The notes: a model not told the origin generated them from the letters alone. Shown: positions 8,816-20,872, counted from the stretch's first letter. The stretch is 64,000 nucleotides of DNA from an uncultured Pseudomonadota bacterium (GCA_903884235.1 CAISEB010000043.1:67736-131735), one strand, 5' to 3'. Numbers and translations are program-made.

Positions 8816-9952
8816 TCAGGACCCGCGTCCCTCCGCGAACGACAGCGAGGCGAAGCAACCCGCGGTTGCCTCGCCGGACTTCTTCTGCGCCCGGATGTGG
8901 TTGACGATCTCGAGCGCCGTCGTCGTGCATGGCGTCAGTTCCGCATCGGAGACTTCGAGCGGCGTCACGCGCGGCCCCCACCGCAGCAGGTGCGAGGAGA
9001 GCGTCAGCCCGCCGCCGAAGGCCGGCATCAGCACGAGGCTGCCAGGCGCGACCCGGCCGGTCTCCACCGCCTCGACGAGCGCCACCGGCGCGGTCGCCGA
9101 GCTCATGTTCCCGTACTTCTGGACGGTCAGGAACACCTTGTCGGCGGTGGCCCCGGCGCGCTTCGCGACCGCCTCGATGATGCGCAGGTTGGCCTGGTGC
9201 GGCACCACGAGGGCGATATCGTCCATCGTCACGCCGACCCGGCGCATGACATCGAGGCTTGCCTCGCTCATGCCCTGCACGGCCTTGCGGAAGATCTCCT
9301 GGCCGTCGAAGTCCCAGCGGGTCTGGCCGTACTCGGCGCCGAGGTTCGCGTACATCGTGCCCATGCCGCGCACGCGCAGGATCTGGCGCGAGTCCGCGTA
9401 GCACTGCAGCTTCTCGGCGAGCACGCCGGTCTCCTCGTCGCAGGACTGCAGCACCACGGCCGCCGCGCCATCGCCGAACAGCACCGCGACGTTGCGGTTG
9501 TCCCAGTCCATGTACTGGGAGATCAGCTCGACGCCGATCACGAGCGCGTTCTTGACGACGCCGGAGCGGATCATCGAGGTGCCGATGCTGAGCCCGTACA
9601 TGAAGCTCGTGCAGGCCGTGTTGACGTCGAACGCGGCGGCGTGGGTGGCGCCGATCCGCTGCTGCACGCCGGAGGCGCTGTTCGGGACCGTCTCGTCGTT
9701 GCTGCAGCTGCCGTAGATCACGAGGTCGATGTCGGCGCCGGTGAGGCCGGCGCAGGCGATCGCGCGCCGCGCGGCGGTGATCGCAAGCTCGATGCCCGGC
9801 ACGTGCGAGATGCGCCGCTCCTTCATGCCCGTGCGGGTGGTGATCCACTCGTCGTCGGTGGGCAGGAAGGTGGCGAGGTCCTGGTTCGTCAGGACGGACG
9901 GCGGCAGGCATTTGCCCCAGCCGGTGATGGCAGCGTGAGTCACGTCGATCCC
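8816..9952 (-). CDS. 3-oxoacyl-ACP synthase III (KAS III / FabH-like) with a roughly 50 aa C-terminal extension
   Basis: A GTG start at 9952 gives MTHAAITGWGKCLPPSVLTNQDLATFLPTDDEWITTRTGMKERRI... The active-site Cys lies in FDVNTACTSFMYGL, and His/Asn lie in VVPHQANLRII and AFGGGLT. No other fatty-acid synthesis genes are nearby. The longer six-frame ORF to 10981 is a frame artefact. Confidence 0.7.
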   Translation of the reverse strand, partial: GIDVTHAAITGWGKCLPPSVLTNQDLATFLPTDDEWITTRTGMKERRISHVPGIELAITAARRAIACAGLTGADIDLVIYGSCSNDETVPNSASGVQQRIGATHAAAFDVNTACTSFMYGLSIGTSMIRSGVVKNALVIGVELISQYMDWDNRNVAVLFGDGAAAVVLQSCDEETGVLAEKLQCYADSRQILRVRGMGTMYANLGAEYGQTRWDFDGQEIFRKAVQGMSEASLDVMRRVGVTMDDIALVVPHQANLRIIEAVAKRAGATADKVFLTVQKYGNMSSATAPVALVEAVETGRVAPGSLVLMPAFGGGLTLSSHLLRWGPRVTPLEVSDAELTPCTTTALEIVNHIRAQKKSGEATAGCFASLSFAEGRGS

Positions 9953-10087
9953 CCCGAAGGACGGTTGCGGGGCGCATTGTGGACGAAATTCCAGCGCCTG
10001 CACATTGCGGTCCCTCGCGCGGTTGCCAGCCGCCGGGCGGCGCCGGATACTGCGGCGAAGCCCGTTGGACCGGGCGGGGGGCTGACG

Positions 10088-11311
10088 ATGCGGAACGATC
10101 CACCCGCGCGCCGTGGGCGCCGTGCGCTGCTCGGCCGCCTCGCGGCGCTTCCGCTGCTCGCGGCCGTCCCGGCGCTCGCCCGCGCGCTGCAGGCCCAGGC
10201 TGCCGCGGCGCGGCCCGAGGACCTGCTCGATGTCATGGATTTCGAGGCCGCGGCCCGCGCCGTGCTGCCGCCGGCGCACTTCGGCTACCTGGCGACGGGC
10301 GTCGACGATGACCGGACCGTCGGCTGGAACCACGAAGCCTTCGGCCTCTGGGAAATCCGCTCGCGACGCATGGTCGACGTCAGCCAGCTCGATACCTCGA
10401 TCGACCTGCTCGGGGCGCGCTGGCGATCCCCGCTCTACGTCTCGGCGGTGTCCGCCCAGTGTGCATTCCACCCGGACGGCGAGGTCGGCGTCGCGCGCGC
10501 CGCGGCGAGTCGCGACGCGTTGATGATGCTGTCGGGGTTCGCCTCGCGACCCCTCGAGGACGTGGTCCAGGCGCGCGGCGCGCCGGTCTGGCAGCAGGTC
10601 TACGCGACCAGCGAGTGGGAGGCGACGGCCGCGGTCGTCGCCCGCGCTGAGCGCGCCGGGTGCCCCGCGATCGCGCTGACGGTCGACAACATGCCGGGGC
10701 GCAACAACGAGACGCTGCTGCGCTCGATGAAGGTCGATCCGCGCACCTGCACCGACTGCCACGTCAACGGGTCCCACAACGCGCTGCTCAAGGCGCCGCT
10801 CTATGCCGGGCTGGGCCTGCCGGCCGGCGCGCTGCACACGCCGCTCGACTGGAGCTGGGACTACGTGCGCCGCCTTCGCAAGATCGTCTCGGGTCGGCTG
10901 GTGATCAAGGGCATCGTCACCGCCGAGGACACCGAGGCGTGCATCGACTGCGGCGCGGATGCCGTCATCGTCTCGAACCATGGTGGACGCGACGAGGAGA
11001 CGCTGCGTTCGACGATCGAGTGCCTGCCGGAGGTCGTGGCAGCCGCGCGCGGGCGGATCCCGGTGCTGCTCGACGGCGGCGTGCGCCGCGGTACCGACGT
11101 CTACAAGGCGCTGGCGCTTGGCGCGAGCGCGGTCGGCATCGGCCGCCCACAGGGCTGGGGGCTCGCCGCATTCGGGCAGGCCGGGGTCGAGCGCGTGCTC
11201 GATATCTTCGATGCTGAGCTGCGCGTGATCATGCGCCAGGCCGGCTCGCCGAGCATCGCCGCGATCACCCGCGACCGGCTGGCGCCCCGGCCGACGATCT
11301 GGCGCGGGTGA
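10088..11311 (+). CDS. FMN-dependent alpha-hydroxy acid dehydrogenase/oxidase (L-lactate dehydrogenase / glycolate oxidase family) with a Tat-type signal peptide
   Basis: ATG at 10088 gives [33 protein letters not shown]|LQAQ, an RR motif plus hydrophobic core plus AxA site. The mature part, DLLDVMDFEAAARAVLPPAHFGYLATGVDDDRTV...SNHGGRDEETLRSTIECLPEV...GRPQGWGLAAFGQAGVERVLD, is a typical FMN-dependent alpha-hydroxy acid dehydrogenase TIM barrel. Confidence 0.75.
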   Translation: MRNDPPARRGRRALLGRLAALPLLAAVPALARALQAQAAAARPEDLLDVMDFEAAARAVLPPAHFGYLATGVDDDRTVGWNHEAFGLWEIRSRRMVDVSQLDTSIDLLGARWRSPLYVSAVSAQCAFHPDGEVGVARAAASRDALMMLSGFASRPLEDVVQARGAPVWQQVYATSEWEATAAVVARAERAGCPAIALTVDNMPGRNNETLLRSMKVDPRTCTDCHVNGSHNALLKAPLYAGLGLPAGALHTPLDWSWDYVRRLRKIVSGRLVIKGIVTAEDTEACIDCGADAVIVSNHGGRDEETLRSTIECLPEVVAAARGRIPVLLDGGVRRGTDVYKALALGASAVGIGRPQGWGLAAFGQAGVERVLDIFDAELRVIMRQAGSPSIAAITRDRLAPRPTIWRG

Positions 11312-11345
11312 CCCTGGCGGGGGGGGCCACGCCGCCCCCGGCCCG

Positions 11346-14046
<2,701 letters not shown>

Positions 14047-14107
14047 TCATTAGACACCAGCTTGTGGAAATTGTCGACAGTTGACAGAAAGGAGGTGCCG
14101 TGATCGG

Positions 14108-15514
14108 TCAGGCCTTGTCCGCCTTGCCGGCCGCCGCGGCAAAGCGCGCGAGGGCGGCGTCCCACCGGCGCGGCACGCGGCCGGCATCCGCATCGGCCTC
14201 GGTCCGGCGGATGGCATCGCGGACCAGCAGCGAGCCCAGGTAGCGGATCGGCTCCGGCGGGAACTGGCCACGCGGGCCCCGGGCGAGCGGGCTGCGCGTC
14301 CAGGCCGTGTCCCGGCCGAGCGCGAGATCCGCCAGGAGCTGGCCGCCCATCCGCGTCGGCCCGACGCCATTGCCGGAGTAGCCGAAGCCGTACCAGACGT
14401 TCGGTCTACCGGCCAGGGCGCCGAAGAACGGCAGGCCCGTGACCGACCGGTCCGACGGTCCATTCCAGCTGGCCGCGATCCGTGTCGGCGCAAGTCCCGG
14501 CATGAACCGCACGACCGTCGCCGCGAGCGGGAGCCGGTACGGGGACGGCGCGTCGAACACCGGGTGCATGCGCCCGCCGTAGGCGAAGGTGTTGCCGCCC
14601 TTGCCGAGCATCAGCCGGCCATCGGGCGTGCTGCGGTAGTAGTGGACGAAGGTGCGCGAGTCGAGCACCGAGATGCCGCCATCGAGCCCGGTCGCCTTCA
14701 GCGCCGCGGGGGCGGGCTCGGTGATGACCATGTCGCTCGAGACGATCGCGATGCTGCGGCGCAGTTCCGCGAACAGGCCCGCCATCCAGGCGTTGAGCGC
14801 GAGGACCACGCGGTCGGCGGTGATCGTGCCACCGCTCGTTGCGATCGTCATGGGGGTGCCGCGGCCGAGGCCGTGCATGCTCGTGTGCTCGTGGATGCGC
14901 ACCCCAAGGCCAAGCGCGACCCGCCTGAGCCCGCGCGCGAGCAGGGCAGGCTGCACGGTCGCTGCGAGCGGCGAGAACCAGCCTTCGAGATGGGCCCGCG
15001 AGCCCGCGCGGCGGCGGACCTCGTCGTCCGGCAGGCGCGTCCAGGTGGAGATGCCGCGCCGTCCGAGTTCGCCCATCACGGCGTCCGATGCGCCGAGCTG
15101 GGCGTTCGAGGTGGCGGTGTAGAGCGTGCCGTCGCGCCGCCAGTCGCATTCGATGCCATGCGCATCGATGAACGCCTCGATGTCGAGGATCGCCTGTTCG
15201 GACGCGCGCGCGAGCCGCACGGCCTCCGCCTCGCCGTACAGGCGGCACAGCGTCATGAACTTGGTGGTCCACGTGAGAACGCAGCCGCCATTGCGGCCGC
15301 TCGCGCCGGCACCGCAGATGTCGGCCTCGACCAGCACGACGTCGAGCTCGGGGCGTGCTTGCTTCGCGAGGATCGCGGTCCACAGGCCGGTGAATCCGCC
15401 GCCGACGATGGCGAGGTCCGCGCGCGTGTCGCCCGACAGCGGCGGGCTGCGGCCGTCGGCGGGCTCGCGCGCGAGCGCCTCGGCGAGCCACCAGGGACGG
15501 AACCCGCCCGCCAC
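14108..15514 (-). CDS. FAD-dependent oxidoreductase (DAO / PuuB-like) embedded in the aminoethylphosphonate cluster
   Basis: The Rossmann motif is DLAIVGGGFTGLWTA, and the product is 468 aa. A GTG start at 15514 lies 4 nt after the GntR stop. It is a paralogue in architecture of the 33931..35310 protein. It is a candidate amine oxidoreductase acting on an aminophosphonate, by context. Confidence 0.7.
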   Translation of the reverse strand: MAGGFRPWWLAEALAREPADGRSPPLSGDTRADLAIVGGGFTGLWTAILAKQARPELDVVLVEADICGAGASGRNGGCVLTWTTKFMTLCRLYGEAEAVRLARASEQAILDIEAFIDAHGIECDWRRDGTLYTATSNAQLGASDAVMGELGRRGISTWTRLPDDEVRRRAGSRAHLEGWFSPLAATVQPALLARGLRRVALGLGVRIHEHTSMHGLGRGTPMTIATSGGTITADRVVLALNAWMAGLFAELRRSIAIVSSDMVITEPAPAALKATGLDGGISVLDSRTFVHYYRSTPDGRLMLGKGGNTFAYGGRMHPVFDAPSPYRLPLAATVVRFMPGLAPTRIAASWNGPSDRSVTGLPFFGALAGRPNVWYGFGYSGNGVGPTRMGGQLLADLALGRDTAWTRSPLARGPRGQFPPEPIRYLGSLLVRDAIRRTEADADAGRVPRRWDAALARFAAAAGKADKA

Positions 15515-15518
15515 GGGG

Positions 15519-16205
15519 TCAGCGCGCCTGCTTCAACGCGGTGGCGAACGCCTTGTGCATGCGTGCGCGGCTGTCCGCGGCGTGCTCGCGCAGCACGCGC
15601 CCGGCGCGCTCCGGATCCCGCGACGCGATCGCCTTGACGATCGCCTTGTGCTCGGAGTTCGACACGGCGAAACCCCCACCCTCGACGAGGCCGTGCAGGC
15701 GGAACAGCAGCAGCTCCTTGGTCAGGCGCCGGTAGGTCGCCGACAGGTGCGAGTTGCCGACGAACTCGACCAGGCGATCGTGGAAGTCGAGGTTCAGCCG
15801 GTAGTAGCGGTCGAGGTCCTTGGCGCTCGTCGCCGCGTCCATGTCCGCGAGCAGCGCCTTCAGCGCCGCGAGCTGCTCGGGCGTCGCGCGCTCGGCCAGG
15901 CGTCGTCCGATCAGGTCATCGAGCGCCTCGCGCAGGTCGTAGACCTCGTCGGCCTCCGCGAGCGTGACCTCGCGGACGAACACGCCGCGGTTGCGCTCCG
16001 CGCGCACGAGACCGCATTCCTCGAGGGCGCGCAGCGCCTCGCGCACGGGACCCCGGCTCGTGCCGAAGCGCTCGGCAAGGGCGGCCTCGTTGATGCGCTG
16101 CCCGGGGCGAAGTTCGCCGCCGAGGATCATCTGCTCGATCTCGGCCTGCACGACCGACGGCAGCGAGTGGGCCTGGAGGATCTGCAGCGGGGTGGGTGCG
16201 TTCAT
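15519..16205 (-). CDS. GntR/FadR-family transcriptional regulator (first gene of the minus-strand phosphonate operon)
   Basis: The true start is MNAPTPLQ (ATG 16205). The upstream 53 codons of the six-frame ORF were rejected. The N-terminal winged-helix region is VVQAEIEQMILGGELRPGQRINEAALAERFGTSRGPVREALRALEECGLV, followed by a FadR-type C-terminal domain. The product is 229 aa. Confidence 0.7.
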   Translation of the reverse strand: MNAPTPLQILQAHSLPSVVQAEIEQMILGGELRPGQRINEAALAERFGTSRGPVREALRALEECGLVRAERNRGVFVREVTLAEADEVYDLREALDDLIGRRLAERATPEQLAALKALLADMDAATSAKDLDRYYRLNLDFHDRLVEFVGNSHLSATYRRLTKELLLFRLHGLVEGGGFAVSNSEHKAIVKAIASRDPERAGRVLREHAADSRARMHKAFATALKQAR

Positions 16206-16246
16206 CGGGTTTCCCGTGGGCGAGGCGGGCGCGTGCCCGGACCATC

Positions 16247-16302
16247 GGTCTACGGTACCGCAAAGTGTCAACAGATGACAGTAGGCTGGAGACGGTCTAG
16301 AC
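16247..16302. promoter_or_regulatory. candidate operator/promoter elements in the GntR-phnW divergent intergenic region
   Basis: GGTCTACGGTACC is at 16247-16259. The palindrome GGTCTAGAC is at 16294-16302. The inverted repeat TGTCAacagaTGACA is at 16266-16280. GntR/FadR regulators typically bind short GT-N-AC type palindromes. Confidence 0.2.
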
Positions 16303-16375
16303 TTCGTCCGTCCCGGGCCCGGCCCCTGCCGTCTCCGGCACCGCGCCCGATCCACGCACACCACGGGACTCGCCG

Positions 16376-17476
16376 ATGACCACCCCGATCCTGCTGACGC
16401 CCGGCCCGCTGACGATCTCGCGGCAGACCAAGGAAAGCATGCTGCGCGACTGGGGCTCCTGGGATGCCGATTTCAATCGCATCACGGCGCGCATCCGCGA
16501 GCGACTGCTCGCGATCGTCCACGGTGAGGGCACCCACGAGTGCGTCCCGCTGCAGGGCAGCGGGACGTTCTCGGTGGAGGCCGCGCTCGGCACGCTCGTG
16601 CCCCGCAACGGCAAGGTGCTGGTGCCGCAGAACGGCGCGTACTGCCAGCGGATCCTGCGCATCTGCCGCGTGCTCGGTCGCGCCCACCAGGCGATCGACT
16701 ACGCGGAGAACGAGGCGGTGCGGGTGGAGGACGTCGAGCGCGCGCTCGCGGCGGACCCCTCGATCACCCATGTCGCGCTCGTCCACTGCGAGACCAGCGC
16801 CGGCATCCTGAACCCGTTGCAGGCGATCGCCGAGGTCGTCGCGCGCCACGGTCGCAGCCTGATCATCGATGCGATGAGCTCGTTTGGTGCCCTCGAGATC
16901 GATGCCCGCACGATGCCCTTCGATGCGGTGATCGCGGCCTCCGGCAAATGCCTCGAGGGCCCGCCGGGGATGGGCTTCGTGATCGTGCGGCGCGCCGCGC
17001 TCGAGCAGGCCGACGGCAACTGCCACTCGCTGGCGATGGACCTGCATGACCAGTGGGTCTACATGAAGAAGACCACGCAGTGGCGCTTCACGCCGCCCAC
17101 CCACGTGGTCGCGGCATTCGATTCGGCGATCGAGCAGTACCTTGCCGAGGGCGGCCGCGAGGCCCGCGGCGCACGCTACGCCAACAATTGCCGCATCCTG
17201 ATCGAGGGCCTGGCGAAGCTCGGCTTGCGCAGCTTCCTGCCGGCGGAGATCCAGGCGCCGATCATCGTGACGTTCCACGCGCCGGCGATCTCGAACTACC
17301 AGTTCAAGGCGTTCTACGACGCGGTCAAGAGCCGCGGCTACATCCTCTATCCCGGCAAGCTCACGACCCTCGAGACGTTCCGGGTCGGCTGCATGGGCCA
17401 GATGGGCGAGCGCGGCATCCAGGGCGCCGTCGACGCGGTCGCGGCCGTGCTCCTGGAACTCGAAGCGGCGGCCTGA
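16376..17476 (+). CDS. phnW: 2-aminoethylphosphonate--pyruvate transaminase
   Basis: The N-terminus [44 protein letters not shown] matches the PhnW N-terminus (class V aminotransferase fold). The product is 366 aa. It is divergent from the GntR-phnA-phnY operon. Confidence 0.8.
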   Translation: MTTPILLTPGPLTISRQTKESMLRDWGSWDADFNRITARIRERLLAIVHGEGTHECVPLQGSGTFSVEAALGTLVPRNGKVLVPQNGAYCQRILRICRVLGRAHQAIDYAENEAVRVEDVERALAADPSITHVALVHCETSAGILNPLQAIAEVVARHGRSLIIDAMSSFGALEIDARTMPFDAVIAASGKCLEGPPGMGFVIVRRAALEQADGNCHSLAMDLHDQWVYMKKTTQWRFTPPTHVVAAFDSAIEQYLAEGGREARGARYANNCRILIEGLAKLGLRSFLPAEIQAPIIVTFHAPAISNYQFKAFYDAVKSRGYILYPGKLTTLETFRVGCMGQMGERGIQGAVDAVAAVLLELEAAA

Positions 17477-17480
17477 CGCC

Positions 17481-18410
17481 TTATCGATCAGCGCCCGGGC
17501 GCGCGTCGGCGATCGCGATGCGCTCGACGGTCACTTCGACCTCGAGCGTGTGGTGGCCGCCGCCGAGGATCGTGCCGCGCAGCGGCGAGACGTCGGCGAA
17601 GTCGCGTCCCCAGGCGATGGCCACATGGTCGAGGCCGGCCGGCTTGTCGTTGGTCGGGTCGAGATCCACCCAGCCGAACGGCGGCACCCACACCGACACC
17701 CAGGCATGCGAGGCACCGGCCCCGACCGGGGCCGAATCGCCCTCGTCGGACGAGGACACGCCGCGCACGTAGCCGCTGACGTAGCGGGCGGCGAGGCCGC
17801 GCGAGCGCAGGCACGCGATCATCACGTGCGCGAAGTCCTGGCAGACGCCGCGCCGCTCCTGCAGCACCTCGGCCACCGAGGTGCCGATCGTCGTCGTGCC
17901 GGGCTCGTAGCGGAACTCCGCATGGATCTTGTGCATCAGCGCCTCGGCCGCCGCGAGCAGCGGCCGCCCGGGCGCAAAGCAGTCCGCGGCGAACTCGGCG
18001 TACTCGCGCTTGATGTGCACGTGCGGCGACTCGTAGCGGAAGCGCCCGGCGTCGAGCAGGTCGCGACCGGGCGGAACCGCACGGTAGCGGAAGCCATCGG
18101 CGACGCGCTCCCAGGGCAGTGATTCGGACGCCGGCAGTCGCGGGCGCGCGTGGACGTCGACCTCCATCCGGCTCGTGACCGTCAGGCTCGTGTGCGGCAC
18201 GTCGATCTCGAGGCGCACGATCGGATTGCCGAAGGCATCCGTGCCGTCGACGCGGTGGCCCGCCGGCGTGACCTCGATCGAGTGGTCTAGGCAGCGCTGG
18301 TAGGGCGCCGGGCGCGGCACGAGATGCAGGAGATGCTGGGAGATCATCACCTCGGCCGCGTACGCGTAGCGCGTCACGTGCTGCAAGCGATAGCGGACGA
18401 CCCCGTTCAT
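17481..18410 (-). CDS. transglutaminase-like family protein (N-terminal bacterial TGase-like domain plus Cys-His-Asp core)
   Basis: The translation MNGVVRYRLQHVTRYAYAAEV... contains the core Cys in RGVCQDFAHVMIACL and His/Asp in SHAWVSVWVPPFGWVDLDPTN. ATG at 18410 overlaps the upstream gene's stop (ATGA). Confidence 0.75.
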   Translation of the reverse strand: MNGVVRYRLQHVTRYAYAAEVMISQHLLHLVPRPAPYQRCLDHSIEVTPAGHRVDGTDAFGNPIVRLEIDVPHTSLTVTSRMEVDVHARPRLPASESLPWERVADGFRYRAVPPGRDLLDAGRFRYESPHVHIKREYAEFAADCFAPGRPLLAAAEALMHKIHAEFRYEPGTTTIGTSVAEVLQERRGVCQDFAHVMIACLRSRGLAARYVSGYVRGVSSSDEGDSAPVGAGASHAWVSVWVPPFGWVDLDPTNDKPAGLDHVAIAWGRDFADVSPLRGTILGGGHHTLEVEVTVERIAIADARPGADR

Positions 18411-20872
18411 GACAGGATCGCCCGTGCGTCGAGTGCGATGTGGGCGAAGTGGCGGGCCGCGATGCGATCCGACAGTCGAGCGGCGGCTGCGGCGAGTTCA
18501 TCGAGCGAGCTGGCGAGGAGTTCCCGTCGCTCGCTGCCGGCCGCGCCCGCCTGTTCCAGGGCCAGCAGGTCCTCGTCCGGGGGGCACGGTGGCGGCGCCT
18601 CGAGCCGGTCGTCCACGCTCTGTTCGACCTCGGCGCCGATGCGGGCGAGGTCCGCCTCGAGGCGACGGTGCAGGAAGCCGATCGAGCGGGGGTGGTCGGC
18701 GTCGCGGACCAGCAGGTCGAGCATCGGCGCGAGCCGCGGTGCGGTGACGTAGCGCTGCCGGTACATGCGCAGGCTGTCGAACGTGCCCAGCGTCCACTCG
18801 ACCTGGGCCGGCTGCATGATCGAGGCCTCGCGCAGGTGCAGCGCGAGGCGCATCGCGGTGATCTGCAGCCGCTCGACGCTGCGACCGATGCGCAGCAGGC
18901 GCCAACCGGAATCCTGCGTCATGTCGTCGAGCGCGAAGCCGGCGAGTGCGGTGAGCGAGAGGGCCAGTTCGTCGAGCCCGGAGGCGATCTCCTCGTCGTC
19001 GGCGTGGCTTCCCTGCAGCAACCGCTGCATCGCGGCGACCGCAGCCCAGCAACCGGCCGACAGCCGCTCGCGGATCTGTCCGGCGCACCACACGAGCCGA
19101 CGCACGTCGCTCGGCAGGCCGAACGGATTCTGGTCGTCGGCGAGCGCCTGCGCGACGTCGTCGCCGTCCGCGAGCAACCCCGTGATGCGGCATTGCGCGA
19201 CGGCCGTGGTCCAGAGTCGGGGGTAGCCCTGCGCCCCGACGGCCGAGCGCAACAGGCGCGTCTTGTCCTCGGCGCGCGCCCCGTAGCGTCCGAACCAGTA
19301 CAGGTTCTCGACGAGCCGCGAGGGGATGTCGTCCTGTGCGCGCGGCAGGCGCGGCGCGACCGCCGCGGGCACGAAGGCCGGGGCGGCCGGCGCGTCGCGC
19401 AGCACCCACAGGTCCTTGCTGCCACCGCCACGCTGGGTCGAGACGATGTTCGCGGCCGTCGACGGTGCGATCCGGGCGAGCCCGCCGGGCACCACTTCGA
19501 ATCCGTCGCCGCTCGCGTGGGTCTGGATGCGGATCGAGACTGCCTTCGCGGCAAGCGCATGCGGCGCGCCTTGTCCCCAGACCGGGGCCTGGGACAGCGA
19601 GACGTATTCCTGGGCGACGTAGGTGTGCGGGAACGCGCGCAGCCGCGCCGACAGTTCAGCGCGTCCGGCGGTCGAGAGCATCGCGCCGAAGATCGGCTCG
19701 AAGCGCTGGTTCGGATACGCCGGCTTGATGACGAGTTCGTCGAGGTGCGCCAGCACGTATTCGAGCGCCGGTCGCTCGCCACACCACCAGGTCGCGACCG
19801 AGGGCAGGATCAGGCGCTCGCCGAGCAGTCGCTCCGCGATGGGCGGCAGGAACCCGAGCCAGGCGGCCGACTCGAGCACGCCGGAGCCGAGTTCGTTGGT
19901 GATGCGCACCCGTCCGGCGCGCACCGCTCCCAGCAGGCCCGGGATGCCGAGCGCGGAATCGCCACGCAGCTCGAGCGGATCGCAGTAGTCGTCGTCGAGC
20001 CGGCGCAGCAGCGTGTGTACGCGCCTCAGGCCCCGCAGCGTCTTCAGGTACAGCGTGTCGTTGCGCACCGTGAGGTCGGATCCCTCGGCGAGCGCAAGAC
20101 CGAGCCGGCGCGCGAGGTACGCGTGCTCGAAATAGGTCTCGTTGTAGGGCCCGGGCGTCAGCACGACCGCGAGCGGTGCGTCGTCGTCATCGGCGGTCCG
20201 CAGCAGCTCGTCACGCAGCCGGCCGAACGCGCCACCGATGCGCCGCACGCCGAGCGTACCGAGCGGCCCCGGCAGCACCTGCTCGACGATCTCGCGGTTC
20301 TCGAGTGCGTAGCCGGCGCCGGAGGGCGCCTGGGTACGGTCGGACAGGATCCACCAGCCGCCGTCGGGGCCTCGCGCCAGGTCTGCCGCATAGATCGTCA
20401 GCCAACGCCCGGACGCCGGTCGGAGCCCGTGGCATGCCCACAGGAAGTTCGGGTGACCGAACGGGATCTCCGCCGGTACGATCCCTTCGGCGATGAGCCG
20501 CTGCGGGCCGTACAGGTCCGCGAGCAGCGCGTCGAGCAGCCGCGCCCGCTGCGCGAGGCCGGCCTCGATCGTCGGCCATTCGCCCGCGGCCAGCAGCAGC
20601 GGGAGCGGGTCCAGCGTCCAGGGTCGGTCGGTCCCCTGCGGGTCGGCATAGACGTTGTAGGTGACCCCGTTCTCCGCAATCAGCCGGCGGGTCGCGTCGA
20701 TTGCGCGTCGCGCGATGGCCCCCCCGCGAGGGTTGCCAAGTGAGGTGAACAGGCCCTGCCAGTGACTGCGGACGCGGCCCTCGTCGTCGAGCAGTTCGTC
20801 ATGGCGCCCGGCATCGCGCCGGTAGTCGCCGAGGGCGAGCGGGACCGACGGCGGGAGGCTGGGTGTCGGCAT
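18407..20872 (-). CDS. fusion protein: circularly permuted ATP-grasp (type 2) domain plus alpha-E domain
   Basis: The 821 aa product has an N-terminal half, GVTYNVYADPQG...LAVVLTPGPYNETYFEHAYLARRLGLALAEGSDL...IVSTQRGGGSKDLWV, homologous to the standalone protein at 24389..25840. Its C-terminal half, VENLYWFGRYGARAEDKTRLLRSAV...SVERLQITAMRL, is homologous to the alpha-E protein at 25843..26787. Confidence 0.75.
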   Translation of the reverse strand: MPTPSLPPSVPLALGDYRRDAGRHDELLDDEGRVRSHWQGLFTSLGNPRGGAIARRAIDATRRLIAENGVTYNVYADPQGTDRPWTLDPLPLLLAAGEWPTIEAGLAQRARLLDALLADLYGPQRLIAEGIVPAEIPFGHPNFLWACHGLRPASGRWLTIYAADLARGPDGGWWILSDRTQAPSGAGYALENREIVEQVLPGPLGTLGVRRIGGAFGRLRDELLRTADDDDAPLAVVLTPGPYNETYFEHAYLARRLGLALAEGSDLTVRNDTLYLKTLRGLRRVHTLLRRLDDDYCDPLELRGDSALGIPGLLGAVRAGRVRITNELGSGVLESAAWLGFLPPIAERLLGERLILPSVATWWCGERPALEYVLAHLDELVIKPAYPNQRFEPIFGAMLSTAGRAELSARLRAFPHTYVAQEYVSLSQAPVWGQGAPHALAAKAVSIRIQTHASGDGFEVVPGGLARIAPSTAANIVSTQRGGGSKDLWVLRDAPAAPAFVPAAVAPRLPRAQDDIPSRLVENLYWFGRYGARAEDKTRLLRSAVGAQGYPRLWTTAVAQCRITGLLADGDDVAQALADDQNPFGLPSDVRRLVWCAGQIRERLSAGCWAAVAAMQRLLQGSHADDEEIASGLDELALSLTALAGFALDDMTQDSGWRLLRIGRSVERLQITAMRLALHLREASIMQPAQVEWTLGTFDSLRMYRQRYVTAPRLAPMLDLLVRDADHPRSIGFLHRRLEADLARIGAEVEQSVDDRLEAPPPCPPDEDLLALEQAGAAGSERRELLASSLDELAAAAARLSDRIAARHFAHIALDARAILS

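Noticed and set aside
8897-10087. N-terminal 397 codons of the 804-aa ORF 8897..11311, and ORF 8724..10103 on the minus strand
   Set aside because: The real gene starts at ATG 10088 with a Tat-type signal. The upstream part is antisense to the FabH-like gene and has no start context.
16268-18501. ORFs 16268..17278 (minus), 17053..17772 (plus), 17488..18501 (minus) and 17550..18122 (plus)
   Set aside because: They overlap phnW and the transglutaminase-like gene in other frames or on the opposite strand. Both real genes have unambiguous homology.
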